Assembly (NCBI RefSeq): GCF_002113885.1
Contig: NW_018408920.1
Span: forward strand, 591,192 to 655,191
Length of the DNA: 64,000 nt
Reading direction: 5' to 3'
Source: Mizuhopecten yessoensis
Lineage: Eukaryota
Below, piece after piece: positions 25,621 through 39,698 of the stretch (the first letter of the stretch is position 1; each line of letters starts with the position of its first letter). Below the pieces are notes generated by a model. The model was not told where the DNA came from. It saw nothing but the letters and a program-made list of their open reading frames with translations, and made no database searches. The position numbers were made by a program, and so were the translations under genes.

Positions 25621-26311
25621 TACAAAAGTTACTGTCCGTATATTCTGTACAAACCTTCGAAAAATACAGAAGACGAACGAAAGACATTCCAAACAAGAAC
25701 TATGAAAAAATAAACACCTGTGTCGAGTCGTTTAATGAATCATATTACCAATCTTCTGATGGTAACTCAAGCATACATGTACAAGTTAAGGAAAGAAGCA
25801 AATTGGCGAGAACACCGAGCTAAACCTTCGGGAAAGGTAGGAAGAAACGACAATCAGGTTTAAACAACTGATACAATTATCCAAGTCTATTCTTTACGTG
25901 ATAAGCTAAGTAGGAGCGATTGAAAACGTTTCCACAACTTTTTTTTATCGCTTTAAGGAAGCTGGTGCGCGAGATAAGTTGGGGTATGTATGCAATGCCT
26001 TGGTAATAACAGGACATCAGAAACTGTGGGGACAGATCCTACTATTGATACTTCAAAAGGAGGTCACACGTTATCTAGTAACCCAGATATAGCTTTATGG
26101 CAGCCCGTAAACGTGTAAACGTGTGTATGTCAGCATAACATACACACAATTTGATTGATTTATATTTTCAAGTATGCACATTACGTTGTTATTTCTAAGT
26201 GTGTTACAGCTGTTTACACAGATGCAAATGTAATAAAATAGGAAGCATACCATTGCCTTTTTAAAAGTTCTTTTAAAATTGATTTTTTGTTTTAAATTAT
26301 CATCCTCGACA

Positions 26312-26559
26312 CTCCAGGGATTACGCTCACTTTCGCTCTCTGCACCCTTGGTCAGAGCAAAATTGAAGGCTCAGTGCGCGCGCCAACTTGTGGATTAGAC
26401 AGGAAGACTATAGTTTGGTCATTTGATGTTCATCAAAAGAATCTCGCGGATGCGAAACGGTACAACTTACTGGAACTAATCAAATAGCTAGCCGTGTGTC
26501 TTCAATTTTGCTATGACATATTCCAAGGGTACAGAAAGTAAGTGAGCGTTACCCCTGGA
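26312..26559. mobile_element. Small MITE-like inverted-repeat element
   Basis: tccagggattacgctcact versus agtgagcgttacccctgga (inverted, 2 mismatches). No TSD seen. Confidence 0.5.
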
Positions 26560-27029
26560 TTATCGCGAATGGGACATAATAAATACGGAATAAAACATTT
26601 CAAATGATAATACGACTGTTTCAATCAGTTAAAATGTCAACATTGTCAGGACATGTTGAAGTCTTTAACGAAACGGGACATTTACACTGGTACACCATAC
26701 CGATATATCCATATATATATATATACGTGGTCCGAGATGTATTTCGGTGATTTGCGAACATTTTGACTACATTTTCGGTTTACTTGGAGAGCCATGGTAA
26801 CGGTCCACTTTCAACGTATGTATGAAAAACGATTGTTTTATTGAGAAAGACCACGTTACCTTAAAATACATAATGAATTAGGTTCGAACTAAAGTTCAAT
26901 TTCATCACAAAGATTTGATGAATAGTTCGACGTCAGTGTTCATTCTGTGATAAAACCTTTAGCAACAATATGGGGACTCCCAATAAACCATATGTTATAT
27001 TTCAATAAGTAAAAAACCATACTAGTCCT

Positions 27030-27700
27030 CATCGTCAACCATTGTACATGAATAATGAAGAAATAACAAATGTTGAAATCCACAAGCACCTTGGAGTACT
27101 TTGTTCGAATGACGGGAGTTGGGTCAAGCATGTAGATTTCATTAATAATAAAACCTCAGCCAGAATCAATATTCTATGTTCTTCAAATTCAAACTTGCCC
27201 GAAACACATTACAAACTATTTACTTTTCATTTATCCCATCTTTCATTGAACATGCTGACGCACTTGTATTGTAGTGTGAGAAAATATTACCGATGAATAT
27301 AGTGCTAAACTCTAACATATTAATACTGAGGCAGCTCAGATTGTATCTGGTGCAACCAAACTTACTTCACTAGCATAGCTAAACTGCATTTAGTAGTAGG
27401 CTGCACACAATTAGTCACTCGAATACATAGCCATTAATACTAGACATTCTGATGTTACAACTATCGCTCCCATTCATTGTCAGTATAAAGTGTATCAAAG
27501 ATCTTCCTTGCCCTCTGTTATCAATAGCTGAATCTTTATTCCAGTTAATGTCACATGGGAGAAACCCTTCCATTTATCAATTTAAATCACATATTAAACA
27601 CAACAGCAAAAACTCCACCAAAACTCGACCGATATGGCTCACGATTAGGGCAAATACACCATACTAGACTGCGCATGTCAAACAGCTCTTTTAATGTGGT
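27030..27700 (+). mobile_element. Degraded CR1-group LINE, ORF2 C-terminal fragment
   Basis: HKHLGVLCSNDGSWVKHVDFINNKTSARINIL, then EAAQIVSGATKLTS: typical post-RT motifs, with frameshifts. Confidence 0.7.
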
Positions 27701-28629
27701 AACATCGAAAACACTTGCATGAGCGTGCGTGTGTGTGCGTCGGAGTGCATGCTTTTATGTACGTGGGTGCGTATGTATGTACGCGTGCATTCATGCAAGC
27801 ATGTTCACATTCCATACGTTGTTACTGATCAACTGTTCGTATCATAACATTCATAACGTATACCGTAATAACATATCATATGTAGGTAGGTAGGTACGTT
27901 TGTATGTATGAATGATAGACTTATGCGTTTATGATATGTGTAGGTATATATATACATAAAAGTTTGTGTACGGTCACATGTTAAAAAAATAGCAGTGCTT
28001 TCAACATAGAAAGGACTTTTGTATTCATATACATATTGTAAAATAGAGTAAATCACGTGGTTGGTCTTTCCCGGTACAAACAGTCTAGCGGAAACGGATA
28101 TACCAGGAGGAAAAGAATAACGTACACAATAACGACGTATTGAGGCATGGGATGTGACGAACAAGTGATCAGTAATGACGTATGGAATGTGAACAGTCTA
28201 TCACAACGACTGTCTGTGTAGGGAAAGACCGACCACATGGTTATCATAAAATATATTTTATATCAGCATTTTAATGCAGCTTGTCTATGTACGGTTTTAT
28301 TTACACACATATATATACTTTCTAAAAATGGTCTGTAAATCAACGTTCAACCCTAAAGTGTACTTACGATGACGCAACAGAAGGATTTGTCTGGACCACA
28401 TGTACGGAGTTCCTAAACATGTACCATATTTTACACTGCATTTTCCCAACTGTCTTCTAACTTCCCCTGCAATTTATCCCTATTCACGTCACTATCCCTA
28501 AGCTATAGTTGTAATTGTTTGTTACGATGAAATGTAACACATATATATATATATATAGGATTTAATGGATTTTATTTTCATGTGCATTGCGGTAATGCAT
28601 AGTAGTAGCTGATTTACATATCCTGTTAA

Positions 28630-31600
28630 CGCTCCTCAGAAGATATGTAGATTCAATCCATTCAATTCATATATGTTACGGTGAACTTCACTAAAACGTT
28701 ACAACACTTTTTGTATTATTTTTATATCATCATCGGACAGAAAACCATAAAAGGGAACAGCCAGAACTCCAGCCTTCACACAAACTCCAAATGCTCAACT
28801 TCCGCCGATCAGCTAATTTTGTTGAAACGAAATATATATATCTAGAATCAAAAAATCATCAACACTTGACGGTCCTTTCAATTTTTTAAATTGATCAAAC
28901 ACCGCATGTTATATATTTTAATAAGTTTATATCCGCACTATTTCAAAGCATCTGTCACCACAGTAACCATAGAGCTCATTAGAAGATAAATGTAAAACAG
29001 CTGTTGAATGTGTTGTTTGTCAAAAAAAAAACTGCATATGTAAATCATAATAATTACAAAGTTCTCTGGGTTTAATGTCCAAGTTGATGTCACGGAGTTT
29101 ACCCAGCCGGACGTTTGGGTGTTAAAAAGTAAATGACCACGAAGAACCGATTGCGAGTCGGAAGTCAGTATTTAATATGTAATATGACAATGTTATAATT
29201 TTGTTTTTATTTCAAATAAAAATAAATAAAAAAATACATGCAGTTCAATGGTGCACCATTTATCTCGTTATCTCGGAGGAGGGGAGGTAACTCTTCTCAG
29301 GAACGGTACTAAGCGTAGTAATATGATTTGTTTTTGTGTGTGAAATCAGCTGACCGGTGGCGCGAGAATCGTTGTATTCGTAGTGTATTCATGGTCTAAT
29401 GGCAGTTGTTTTCAGTTGGTAGATTCATGTACAGAACAAACCTCAAAAATGTCAATATTAGTGTTTCATCTACACTTGTTCTGTCTCCGATTCATGGATG
29501 TTCAATCATGTTTGTATAAAACTAAGTTTTAACAAAGATGTTAGAATGTCCATTTGTTGTATGAATGCAGCTAAAAACAATGAACAAGGATACATATAAA
29601 TTTATATAAATGGCACCAAATAATAGGAAATGTATGGAGTAGTTATATTTATTTATGTTTGAAGTGTGTACTTGATTATACTTGTATCTGAATTTCAAGT
29701 CGTGCTATCATTTCAACCAGGATTTGAACCTGGGTCTCCCACCATAGAGTGGCAAGTGTGGTGATTTTCCCTAGCGCTAGGGAAGTCAAAGAAATTCTTG
29801 TCTTTTATATTTTTATATATTTTTTACATATTTAACCATAATGAGGACTTTGAACTGTTTCTTTCTGAAAAAGATATATATATATATATCACTAAGTAGG
29901 TTTTTCTTTCAGATGTGTTTCAATTTTTACAATGTTTTGCCGTTGCATTTATATTTTCATGCTCCCTCTGCTTTTCTTTGTGAAGCTACCTTTCTGCACT
30001 TTTCCATATTGGAAACTGATATATTCACCACGTTTATACCTGGCTAAACACTACAATTTGCCATGTGTAAAAAGTTATTGTGAATTTTTATACAAAGATA
30101 TACACTGGTGACTACAAAATTAAATAAATATTTAATTAAGTCTGATGAGGAGTGTTGACGGATGATGGCCCATCAAGTAAGTCAAATATCCGGATAAGTC
30201 AAATAAGCATCTGCTGTCCATTTCAGCTGCTGAGGAGAAAGTGATCTTATCTCATACACACACTTTCTCAGCTCAGACCTTATAACTTTGATAAAATATG
30301 CAGGCTCAGATCAGGGATTTTGTAAAAGTGACGCAGTTCTGGCCTTTAATTTCCTCTCTAGTTAAATCATTTACATGTTATACATATGTAGTTACATAAT
30401 TAAGGTGAGGGACCTCTTTTTTAAAACAAATGTATAGATTAATGTACATACATACTAAGAAATAATGATTATAATACTACATAATAAAGAATTTGGTAAC
30501 GAAAAATGTGGCTTTTTTACATTATTTGAACATTAACTATATCTTTATTAAGCTATATGTCTGCAAACTGTTCTATCAGTCTTAGCTTTGAAAAACCCAA
30601 TCAAATATATTTACAATACTCAAAATACATTGCTACAGGTGACGGTGAAAATAATCCCGCTAATTTTAAAAAGGAATGGAAAAATGGGGAAGATGACTGG
30701 TAATAGTCAATGTTCAAAAGTTGATACGAAATTAAAGAATAAACCCCTGACAAATCCTTCGAAACCTCTCCATCCTTCCTTTGTTTTGGCCCTCTCTATT
30801 TGCTGTTCTATTCTGTCCTTTCTTCTTCTAAAACAGTACACTGGTACATACCACTTGATATCCTGGTTTCAGCATGTAAAAATAGCCAAACTTTGTCTGG
30901 TTGTTTTTGTTTACTTTTGTTTTCTTTTGGTAGGTTCATCATCTTCAATGCATATAATATTAATCAATGTGTCTTGTTTCAAACTTATATATAGTTTGGA
31001 GGTATATAAAAATAATTATATTTCTGAATTGGTATCTCATTTGATCTAATATTTATGAGAATGTTCAAAAATGTCAAAGCGAACAAAAAACATTGTGTGA
31101 AAATTGAGAATGTGTGATTGAAATATAATGTGTTATGTATAATGTACTATTAACAAAATCTTAAAAAAAGCTAACAAAAATCAGATTTTTTTTCTACATG
31201 CAATGATAATTATGGAACACAAAAGAAAGTATGTCACAAAGAGGGAAGGGAAAGAAATCAAAGCTCGTAAGGGCAGACTACGTACGGCAAAAGAAATTTG
31301 CCCACATTTTATTTTGCAATCAGTTTTAGATCTGCACCAAATTTCATTAAGTATCAATCTTTCTCTGCAAATTTCCCTATATGAAAATGGTTACATTTTG
31401 GTGTAAGTTTGGCTGCATGTGCAGTATTGTCTTGCCATCGTGTGTTTCGCTTTACTTTAACTATCAATCTTTCTTTGTACAGATTTTATTCCAATGACCA
31501 TGCGTAGATGCCCTACCATAGCAACAAAAATGCCTTGCTATACAAATAATAGCCAAAATATGGTGGTTTGGGACAGTAAGCATGCAGAAATGAAAGCCTC

Positions 31601-33660
31601 CGACTGTGACAAACAAAAGTTCCTTTCTACAATTGAACAATGGTATGACATTGCTAGATATGTGTTAGGGTTAACCCTGGCTTTACTGTATTGTCCAGCT
31701 GTGAGAGGCAATCTGGTGTTAATTGTAATTTTACACAGACCCTGACAAAACATAAGTTTGATTGTCTCTAGAAAAGTCTACTTTTATCTTTATAGATCTT
31801 CATAGAAACATTGTGTACTGGTTTAGTAGTTCGGCGGTGCTTAGTTTTTAAACACTATTTAATCAAAATGTTATTAGCAGAAAGTGGCATGGGCTAGTCT
31901 GGAATCATATGAGGGTTGTAGGAGGCACCTATATAATTACCTTATTGGTAGTGGGTTTAAAACCAGATCTGGCTATCATTTTTATATTGAAACGCTGAAT
32001 GTTTGATGGGTGGTAGGTCTCCCAACCTTACCACACACTTATTTCTGCTAATGATATCGTTGTACTAGATCTTTCTAGCATACTCAATGATCCTAAAACC
32101 GTACACGCTTCTCAGTGAGTACCCATATGTTGTAGATACATTTATGGATTTTAAATCTCATAAATTAATCTAGAAATCACAAAACCTTCTTTGTGAGTTT
32201 TGGCGAAGTATAACTTGTATGTAATTGTGGGTGCAAATTAATTTTATGTGAATCATGGAAGTGCTTTATTTTTGCAAAATGCAGATTTGTTGAAAGCCTT
32301 TTGGTGTTTTGTAAATATACACCTGTCCCCAGTTCATATATAATAATGTGGAACCTCATGGATTTCGAAGATGATATGTTGCTCAAACCATGATTCATCA
32401 AAAGTCTACAAAATTTCAAATTTCACCATTTGCGTTCTCAATTAATCTAAAGATGAATATATTACCTGAGATATTTTCTAAAATTAGACCTGTATATAAC
32501 ATAATTCACACCTTCTTTTCAAAATGATCCGCTCTGATGTTCGAAAGTACGAATTTCCTCGTTGTGAGTAAAAATATTTTTATAAAATTTGAATTGAAAT
32601 CATTTTTATACGAAACCAAGGCTAGTGAATCGATCAGCAGTAAATACATATTTACATTCTTGATGTTTGTTTTGTACATTAATCTACCAACTAAAAACAA
32701 CTGCCATTAGACTATGAATACACTAAGAATACAACGTTTCTCGTGCAACATGCAGTCAGCTGATTTCACAAACAATGACCAGTTCATATTACTACGTATA
32801 GTACCGTTTCTTAGAAGAGCTATCTCTCCTTCTCCAAGATAACGTAGTTGCGAGAAATAATAATAAACATTACAAAAATCATAAATAGTGCACAATTGTA
32901 CTTTTATTATTATTTTTTCTAACTTAAAATTATAAAAAGAAAATACTTATAACATTGTCATATTAAATACTGACTTCCGACTCGCAATCGGTTCCTCGTG
33001 GTCACGATTTTTCTAACACCAAAACATCCGGCTGGGTAATCCCCGTCACATCAACTTGCACATTAAACTCAAAGAACCTTGTAATGACACAGGGCACTTC
33101 ATCCACCAACTTATCATCATAAACATCTGCAGGTTTCTTTTGGTAAACAGCACGTTCAACGGCTGTACATTCAACTTCAAATGATCTATATGCCTACTGC
33201 CGTCGGGTGCTCGACTGACGAGTGCCATGGATGGTTACTATGGTGACCGATGATTTGAAATAGTGCGGACATAAACTTTTTTAAATATGTAAAATGCGGT
33301 GTTTTATGCAAAAACAAAAACAAACAAAAAACATGAAATAAGATCAACTTTCAAAAATGAAAGGAATATAAAGTGTTGATTATTATTAGATTCTAGATAT
33401 ATATTTTCGTTTCAACAAAATCAGCTGATCGGAAGAAGTCGAACATTTGAAGTTTGTGTGTAGGCTAGAGTTCTGGCTGGTCCTATTTATGGTTTTCTGT
33501 CCGATACTTATATTAAAAATATGTCAAATTTACAAAAAGTGTGGTAACGTTTTTTCATTGTAGTTTATCGTAACGTAAAATATAAATTGAATGGATGTTT
33601 GTTCATGTACATTGCGGCAATGAATAGCAGTAGCTGATCTACATATCTTCTGAGGAGCCC
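28630..33660. mobile_element. ~5-kb DNA transposon relic with long diverged TIRs (28630-29198 and 32947-33660)
   Basis: Long inverted blocks, e.g. ccgattgcgagtcggaagtcagtatttaatatg versus catattaaatactgacttccgactcgcaatcgg. Termini TTAA|(c)GCTCCTCAGAAG ... CTTCTGAGGAGCCC|TTAC. No intact transposase ORF. Confidence 0.75.
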
Positions 33661-35223
33661 TTACACCATGAAGTCATTCTTCGAATTCGCCACAGTAGTG
33701 TTACCGGTCCATCAACACAATAAGGTCATGCAGGGCCACATGACCGTATCGACGGTGAATCAGTATAGCAATACAAGCATACACAGTAAAGCGATTTGCA
33801 GAGAATACATAATAAGCTTTTAATAAAAGATTGTGATTACTCGGATGCAGTTCAAACAGATACAGATAACACGTTGTCTGTGACTGACAAGATATTGTCA
33901 TCAAGATATAATCGCAGTAAATGTATTCCAGGATATGCCAAGACTGTCCATGAACATTTACTTGCACACTTTTTATCTGTATTTGGGTATTCAATGGTAT
34001 GTTCTGTCGGTTAAAATCATGTCGTCTATAATGACTGCAGCGTGCACTAATTTAATTTTCGGTCTACAGTCTATCAAAACATCGTTTTTGGTCTTGGTGT
34101 TAACGTTCGCCCGAGCGAGGAAGGTTATTGGTTCTGTTTCCTGACCGACACAAAGTCTTTAAAACTGGAATTTGCTGCTCAACTTTAAAAAGGAGATGTG
34201 GTCAGCCAGATGTCCGTGTAATGCGACTGTGTGTGTTTTCCCGCGTTACCGTGTCCTAATACAGGTTTACCAGGAAGGCCAGTGAACCAGGCGGTTCCCA
34301 TTGTTATGTCACCCAATGGGCATTATACCTACATTGTGAACTTTCCATTAAGACTAATTAATCTAAATCAGGAGTAATCGATTACCATGATAGAATTCAA
34401 CCTACATTAATAGGACTCTTGCATTGGTAACCATCAATATTATTAAACCTCAATTAATTGATAATCTCTTTACAATAAAAACTCGTGTTTCGCATTAGCG
34501 CTCAAGTTCACCCGGTCATGCAGACGACAGTGGCTTAATTGTTTTGTTATTGCGATATGAAATATTTATGTCTTTACGGAAACACAATTCTGTGTTCTGC
34601 TCGATTAATCATGTTTTACGGGAGTCATTAAGTATTATCCCGAGAAACAAATAACAATGTTTCCTAATTAACGGCACTGGTGCATGGATAGCAACACATT
34701 CACGCTTCATCTGTCCATCGTGGTAAAAATCATTAAAGTTCGTGAGTCGCCGTGATCCACACCAATAGGCTTGTGTGGAAACCGTACCTGTTGTTTGGAT
34801 CATACCATTACTATACAGACATAGTGGCACTAGGATGACATTTTCTGCTGAATCTCAATAGTTGAATTTTGAGTCAGTGTTAGATTTTACCTAAACGTGA
34901 ATTCTGAAGATCATTCGCGACGATAATATGTTGGTCGGTCTACTTCGTCCTCTGGTTGAGGCTACAACCCCTTACAGCACCATAGGAGGAACACGATTTG
35001 GTATACAATGTCGGCCTCGTCAGGATTTCATATGTTGGTCGAGAGAATCCAAGACAGACGAACCAGAATGATATCCTTTAACAGGAACCTCTTCCCCGAC
35101 TGTTTTAGAAGACGTTATACTTTAGCACCAGATCGATGCATTTGTATCTGGGAATGTTGAACAAAACGTCATCCCTATTTGCACCACTTACATTAGTTTT
35201 TTATTTTAATACGGGTTGGTGTG

Positions 35224-35435
35224 TTATGCATCCTGAATATGTAAAGCATTTTCCTGGGTGATAGTGCTTAACGCAGGTGTGGTACCCTTTGTATTGTCTT
35301 CCTTGTATTTCTGGTTAGTAGATGTCGGTGATACGCTCCTTTGCTTTGCAATAAGCAAGCACAAAAATTCTATCAGTTCTACAATAGACAGAATGCTAGC
35401 TCCCAGAAACATTCCCATCTGCCCGCCAACATTTC
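35224..35435 (-). CDS. DEG/ENaC (ASIC-like) channel, exon 8 (last): TM2 GNVGGQMGMFLGASILSIVELIEF and C-tail
   Basis: GGQMG..GAS filter motif; acceptor ttttgtag|; TAA at 35226-35224. Confidence 0.93.
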
Positions 35436-36071
35436 CTACAAAAGTAAGGTAATTATTTGATAAATATTAGAACGTTAGAACAGATAAGATATGGGAACGT
35501 CGAATGATAACAATTCTTCTAACATGTGGTATTGATACGTCCCTCTGTTAACATTATGTCTAGATTCCTTTGAAACATTGAATCACCAGAAATACAAATA
35601 AATGAATCACTTACTTGAAAAGCAGTTCGTAGACGCAGAAAGAGAACATGTTCGTGTATTAGATACATTGTTCCCATAACTATTCAGTTATTGTTCTTTC
35701 TGAATTCAAGCGTTACAAAACTGTGCGAATTAACAGTTACTGAGATTCCATAAAACTTCTGTAAATCTGATATAAAGGTTTACCAACACAATGTATCGTT
35801 TGTAGTCGTGTTTGTCCTACCAGGCGTATTGATACGTGACCATTTACGGAGTATTGCCTTTGTGTAACTCGAAACATTTAGTCCGCCATTGTCCACACAA
35901 TTTCTTAAAAACAATATAGGATGTGCCACTAGCTATTACCCAATTGAACAGAAAAAACCCAATGACAGACGTGTTAGCGGTATTTTGTGTCAGTGTGGTT
36001 CTATCAGGTTTGTATTATGATGATGCCCTACAATTGGTATTAATTCCCACTGCTTCATAGTTATACTTTAC

Positions 36072-36163
36072 CGACAATGTCGTTGAGCATCTTGGCAGGC
36101 ACCTCTTCCACGACTGTCTCAGACAGCGAGTTATAAAACAACGTCAGGTCTATGAAGTTGGAG
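36072..36163 (-). CDS. DEG/ENaC (ASIC-like) channel, exon 7 (SNFIDLTLFYNSLSETVVEEVPAKMLNDIV)
   Basis: tattcctag| ... |gtaaag; phases fit both neighbours; matches the pre-TM2 region. Confidence 0.92.
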
Positions 36164-36470
36164 CTAGGAATATACAACAAATTGTAATTAGACAGCAACA
36201 AACTCTGCTGTTGGTCAGCATCCATTTTTTTTTTTTTTTTTTTTTTTAAATTACGGTCAATCTTATCAAAATACTGTTCATATTTCATTAGATTGAAGAC
36301 AATTTAATCGTTGACATATTAGTATTGTAAAGGAAAAAGGCATGTCATGGAAATCAAGGTTCAAAGTTGTTCGAATTGTTGGGTTTCCATTTCCCTAGCT
36401 TTTCAAAACTTTTCCTGGTGTAAAGCGACCGGAAAAATAAGACATAAAAAGAGACTAGATTGGTAGAAAT

Positions 36471-37049
36471 AGGAGAGGCCCATGAACCTTAACGGTCACC
36501 TGAGTCCTACAGTATTTTTTTTTTGTTGTTGTTGTTGAAAATATGTACCAATTTGAGTAAAAAATAGTTAAGTATAACGTTAACTTAAGTTTGTCAGGAC
36601 CATGCGCTGATCATTCCTAGACCGAGTTTAAGTTAAATCGGCCTATTAGAACTTGTTTTTAGTTTGCAATAGTTATTTTCAAAATAGAGGCCGTGGCAGC
36701 CAAGTTGCATTTCTGATCGACCCGAAAAATAACAACACTTTGTCAGGACCATGAGTCGATCATTCCTACCAAGTTTCAGTTCAATCGGCCCAGCAGAACT
36801 TGACTTTAAGTTTGAAATAGTTTTTCAAAATGACGGTCGTTGCGGCCATATTGGATTTTGAATCGACCCGAAAAATAACAACACTTGGTCAGGGAGATGT
36901 CAGTAACCTTCCCATGAAATATCAATTAAATCCCTTTGCCAGTATTTCAGCTCAAGTTAAAAATGTAAAATGTTAACGGACGACGGACGACGATGGACGA
37001 AGACGGATAGAAATAGGTCACTTGAACTAAAGCTCAGGTGACCTAAAAA
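36471..37049 (-). mobile_element. HINE/Helentron non-autonomous element in intron 6 of the channel gene
   Basis: gaggcccatgaacctt-aacggtcacctga at one end; (ggac/gac) microsatellite and aggtcacttga..ctcaggtgacctaaaaa at the other; ~150-bp internal repeats. Confidence 0.85.
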
Positions 37050-37454
37050 TGACAATGGTAATTTGAAATAGGTTGTCATGTAACCATCGTTTCAGTGTAT
37101 ATCATTAAGCTGCATCATGCATCTGGAATACATCTGAAACACTATGTCATAAGCGCCACATGTAACATAAACTTGGCGATATGAAAAGACCATTCACGAA
37201 AACAAACATGTTTTCGGTCTATTTAGAAAACTGTGTATAAAATGTGCATATAGCGGATGTATACATGCATTGTACATTTAAAAATATTCAAAAGGTACCC
37301 GAAAATTTTACACATATATAAATCTGTTTCAATCTGGAAACTATTTTGTATGTACAATTCCGTCTTCTATAGGTAAACAAAACGAATAATATATACTGAC
37401 TAAAAATGTTGTCAAAAGTATCGGAAGTAATAAAATATCAAGGTCCAAGATACA

Positions 37455-37726
37455 GGGCCGGTATTCATGAAACCGTTCTCAAGCTCAACCGTTCTCAAGC
37501 TCAACCGTTCTCAAGCTCAAAATCAGATTCTGTGTCCAAGCATCATTTCTTTTTACCGTGAAAATTATTAAAAAATCAAATTTATTAATGTTGTAGAAAC
37601 ATTTTGAAGAACTGTATGTTGATTTTTTTTATCTACTCTTTACTTTTCAAGGTGTAACATGATTTACGCAAGTTACAAAAATATTGGCTAATTTATGCTT
37701 GAACATGAGAACGGTTTCGTGAATAT
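37455..37726. mobile_element. MITE with Harbinger-like ends
   Basis: tattcatgaaaccgttctca versus tgagaacggtttcgtgaata (inverted); the left arm has a triplicated aaccgttctcaagctc. Confidence 0.55.
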
Positions 37727-37759
37727 GAATCAGTTTATAATGAAATACAACAAGGATAC

Positions 37760-37937
37760 CTTATATAGGATTTGTTAGGGAAAAAGCTGGCATTAACAAG
37801 TCTTTCGTTGACGAATTGAGAGCCAAAAGCAGCGTAGGATAATGACCAATCGTATGTGTAAGTGGTGCAAACCTGGGGACACGTCTGACATCCATTTCTT
37901 GCGGTCACCAGCTCAGTGAGGTTGTCGACATGTAAAT
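37760..37937 (-). CDS. DEG/ENaC (ASIC-like) channel, exon 6 (DLHVDN...CQTCPQVCTTYTYDWSLSYAAF...)
   Basis: C-x-x-C-P-x-x-C...Y...LS thumb/palm motif; ggtttag| ... |gtatcc. Absent from the ORF track. Confidence 0.92.
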
Positions 37938-38978
37938 CTAAACCATCATCACATTAATTATGTACGTGCTTAATCCGCTTCAAATTCGTTAATTATGAAA
38001 ACGAGACATTTAACTCTGTCTAATCATAATGTTCGAAAAGATATTTAGTTTGGTTTATAAAATACTAATAATCAAGGTATGTAAGTGTGTTCTGGTGGAA
38101 TATATATCGAAGATGAGAAAATCGAGGAAAATAATTAACGAAGCCGCTTGGGGCATGAGTTGATAACTTTTCCAACATTTTCGAATCCGGAGTATATATA
38201 TTCCATCATAATTCACAAACATATGAAGAATGTAACTGAAGTCTTTTTCGTGGCCACCTCAATGTCCATACGCCTTTGACCATGGTGACCTAGATGATGT
38301 TATTATTTAATCTAGACTGTTCTTTTGCGCGAGCTAACGTTTGTCACGTGATGCCTTTATGTATTAATTTCAATCAATCGAATCAACTAATCTATCGACA
38401 TTGCTCGTCAACACATGAAATAAGCATTTAATAGATTTACAAAACCTCTTCCAAATCAACGCGGTAAGTAAAACGGAACGGAACATTCTGACCACGTGTT
38501 TAGCAAGTTTTAAGTTAACCTGGAGGTAAAATCGCTTTTTTGATTGTTCACTAGCAAATCTTCAAATTCAAACAAAATAAAATGCGGGTACCCTCATTTG
38601 ACAAATGAAAATAGACCCGTGACTCGCTTGTTTACCGGTACATTTGTGGGGGAGGTTTCTGGAAGTGTGTTGGTCTGAAAAAAAATTCACACACACACTC
38701 GCGCATGGTCTGTAGTCCAAAAATCCTTGGTTGTTAACCAATGAAAAGAGTCGTTACATCGCAGATCTGGTGTAAATTTGGCTATTAAATATTCTAGTTC
38801 ACAGTGGATTTTATGGTTTAAGATAGCGTAATGCCCTAAGTTATAAGTTATAAGTCATAAATGCCATCTTGATTGCACATTACTCGATTGTTTGGGCATA
38901 TGCTCTCTGTGCAAAGATTACAGAAAAAATATATTGACATTATATATGTTTATGTCTTTACGTTGCTGATAAACTTGC

Positions 38979-39035
38979 CTGTGATTGCCACGTAACAGTC
39001 GACCAGCTCGTCATGGTTACACAGTCTCTCGGAAC
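38979..39035 (-). CDS. DEG/ENaC (ASIC-like) channel, exon 5 (SERLCNHDELVDCYVAIT)
   Basis: tccacag| acceptor; ends at GC donor CAG|GCAAGT, the phase-compatible choice; conserved thumb cysteines. Confidence 0.85.
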
Positions 39036-39538
39036 CTGTGGAGGATGGATATTAAATACTACGACGAGATAAATCATTATAAGTCAAGTGAATTTCTAGA
39101 ACTCAAATTCATAGAAAGAGGATAGTACAAGGAATGCCTCTTGCACAAAAATGTGTATCAGAACAACACTGCCATTTAGTCACAGGAAAGATTCAGTCTA
39201 TAAAATCAAATGTCTGCTCACAGGCACTTACCGTTCTAAAAGTCTGACAAATAAATATAATTGCATGTGTCCATGAAATGTAAACAAGCACGAAAGGCAA
39301 AAGAAAGCAAACCGACAAATCGATAAAGATGTCGAAATGTTTGTTCTTCGGGACTAAAATCGGTAAGTTTTTGTGGTCTCTTCAAAGTTTGTAACGATTA
39401 ACGCGTTTCCCTGTCATTAACACCCGAGATATAAAATATACCCAAGAGCAAACGCTATGCACAAGATGGCATGAAATCTTAATATCGTGACGTATACACA
39501 ATTATTGCTCTTCTACCACTGAACATACGGGTTCTTAC

Positions 39539-39698
39539 CACTGATGTAGTAATGTCGGCACGAACAACGAGACAGGACTGCGTTCAGGAAACACTCTGTC
39601 CAGCATGCCACACTGGAATACGTGTGGAACCTCGTGAGACGGTTGGCGTCACTCACTTGATCCACACAATTACCGTGAGGAGGGGGAAGTAATATTTT
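39539..39698 (-). CDS. DEG/ENaC (ASIC-like) channel, exon 4 (KILLPPPHGNC...YSSVACWTECFLNAVLSRCSCRHYYIS)
   Basis: LPPPxGxC and YS..AC...C........C.C motifs; caccag| ... |gtaaga. Confidence 0.93.

Noticed and set aside
30588-31753. Transposase ORFs inside the long-TIR element
   Set aside because: Short AT-rich ORFs with no DDE or other recognisable catalytic motif.
34609-35170. Exon-like minus-strand segments downstream of the channel stop
   Set aside because: Interrupted by stops, with no identifiable domain; may be 3' UTR or a decayed gene.
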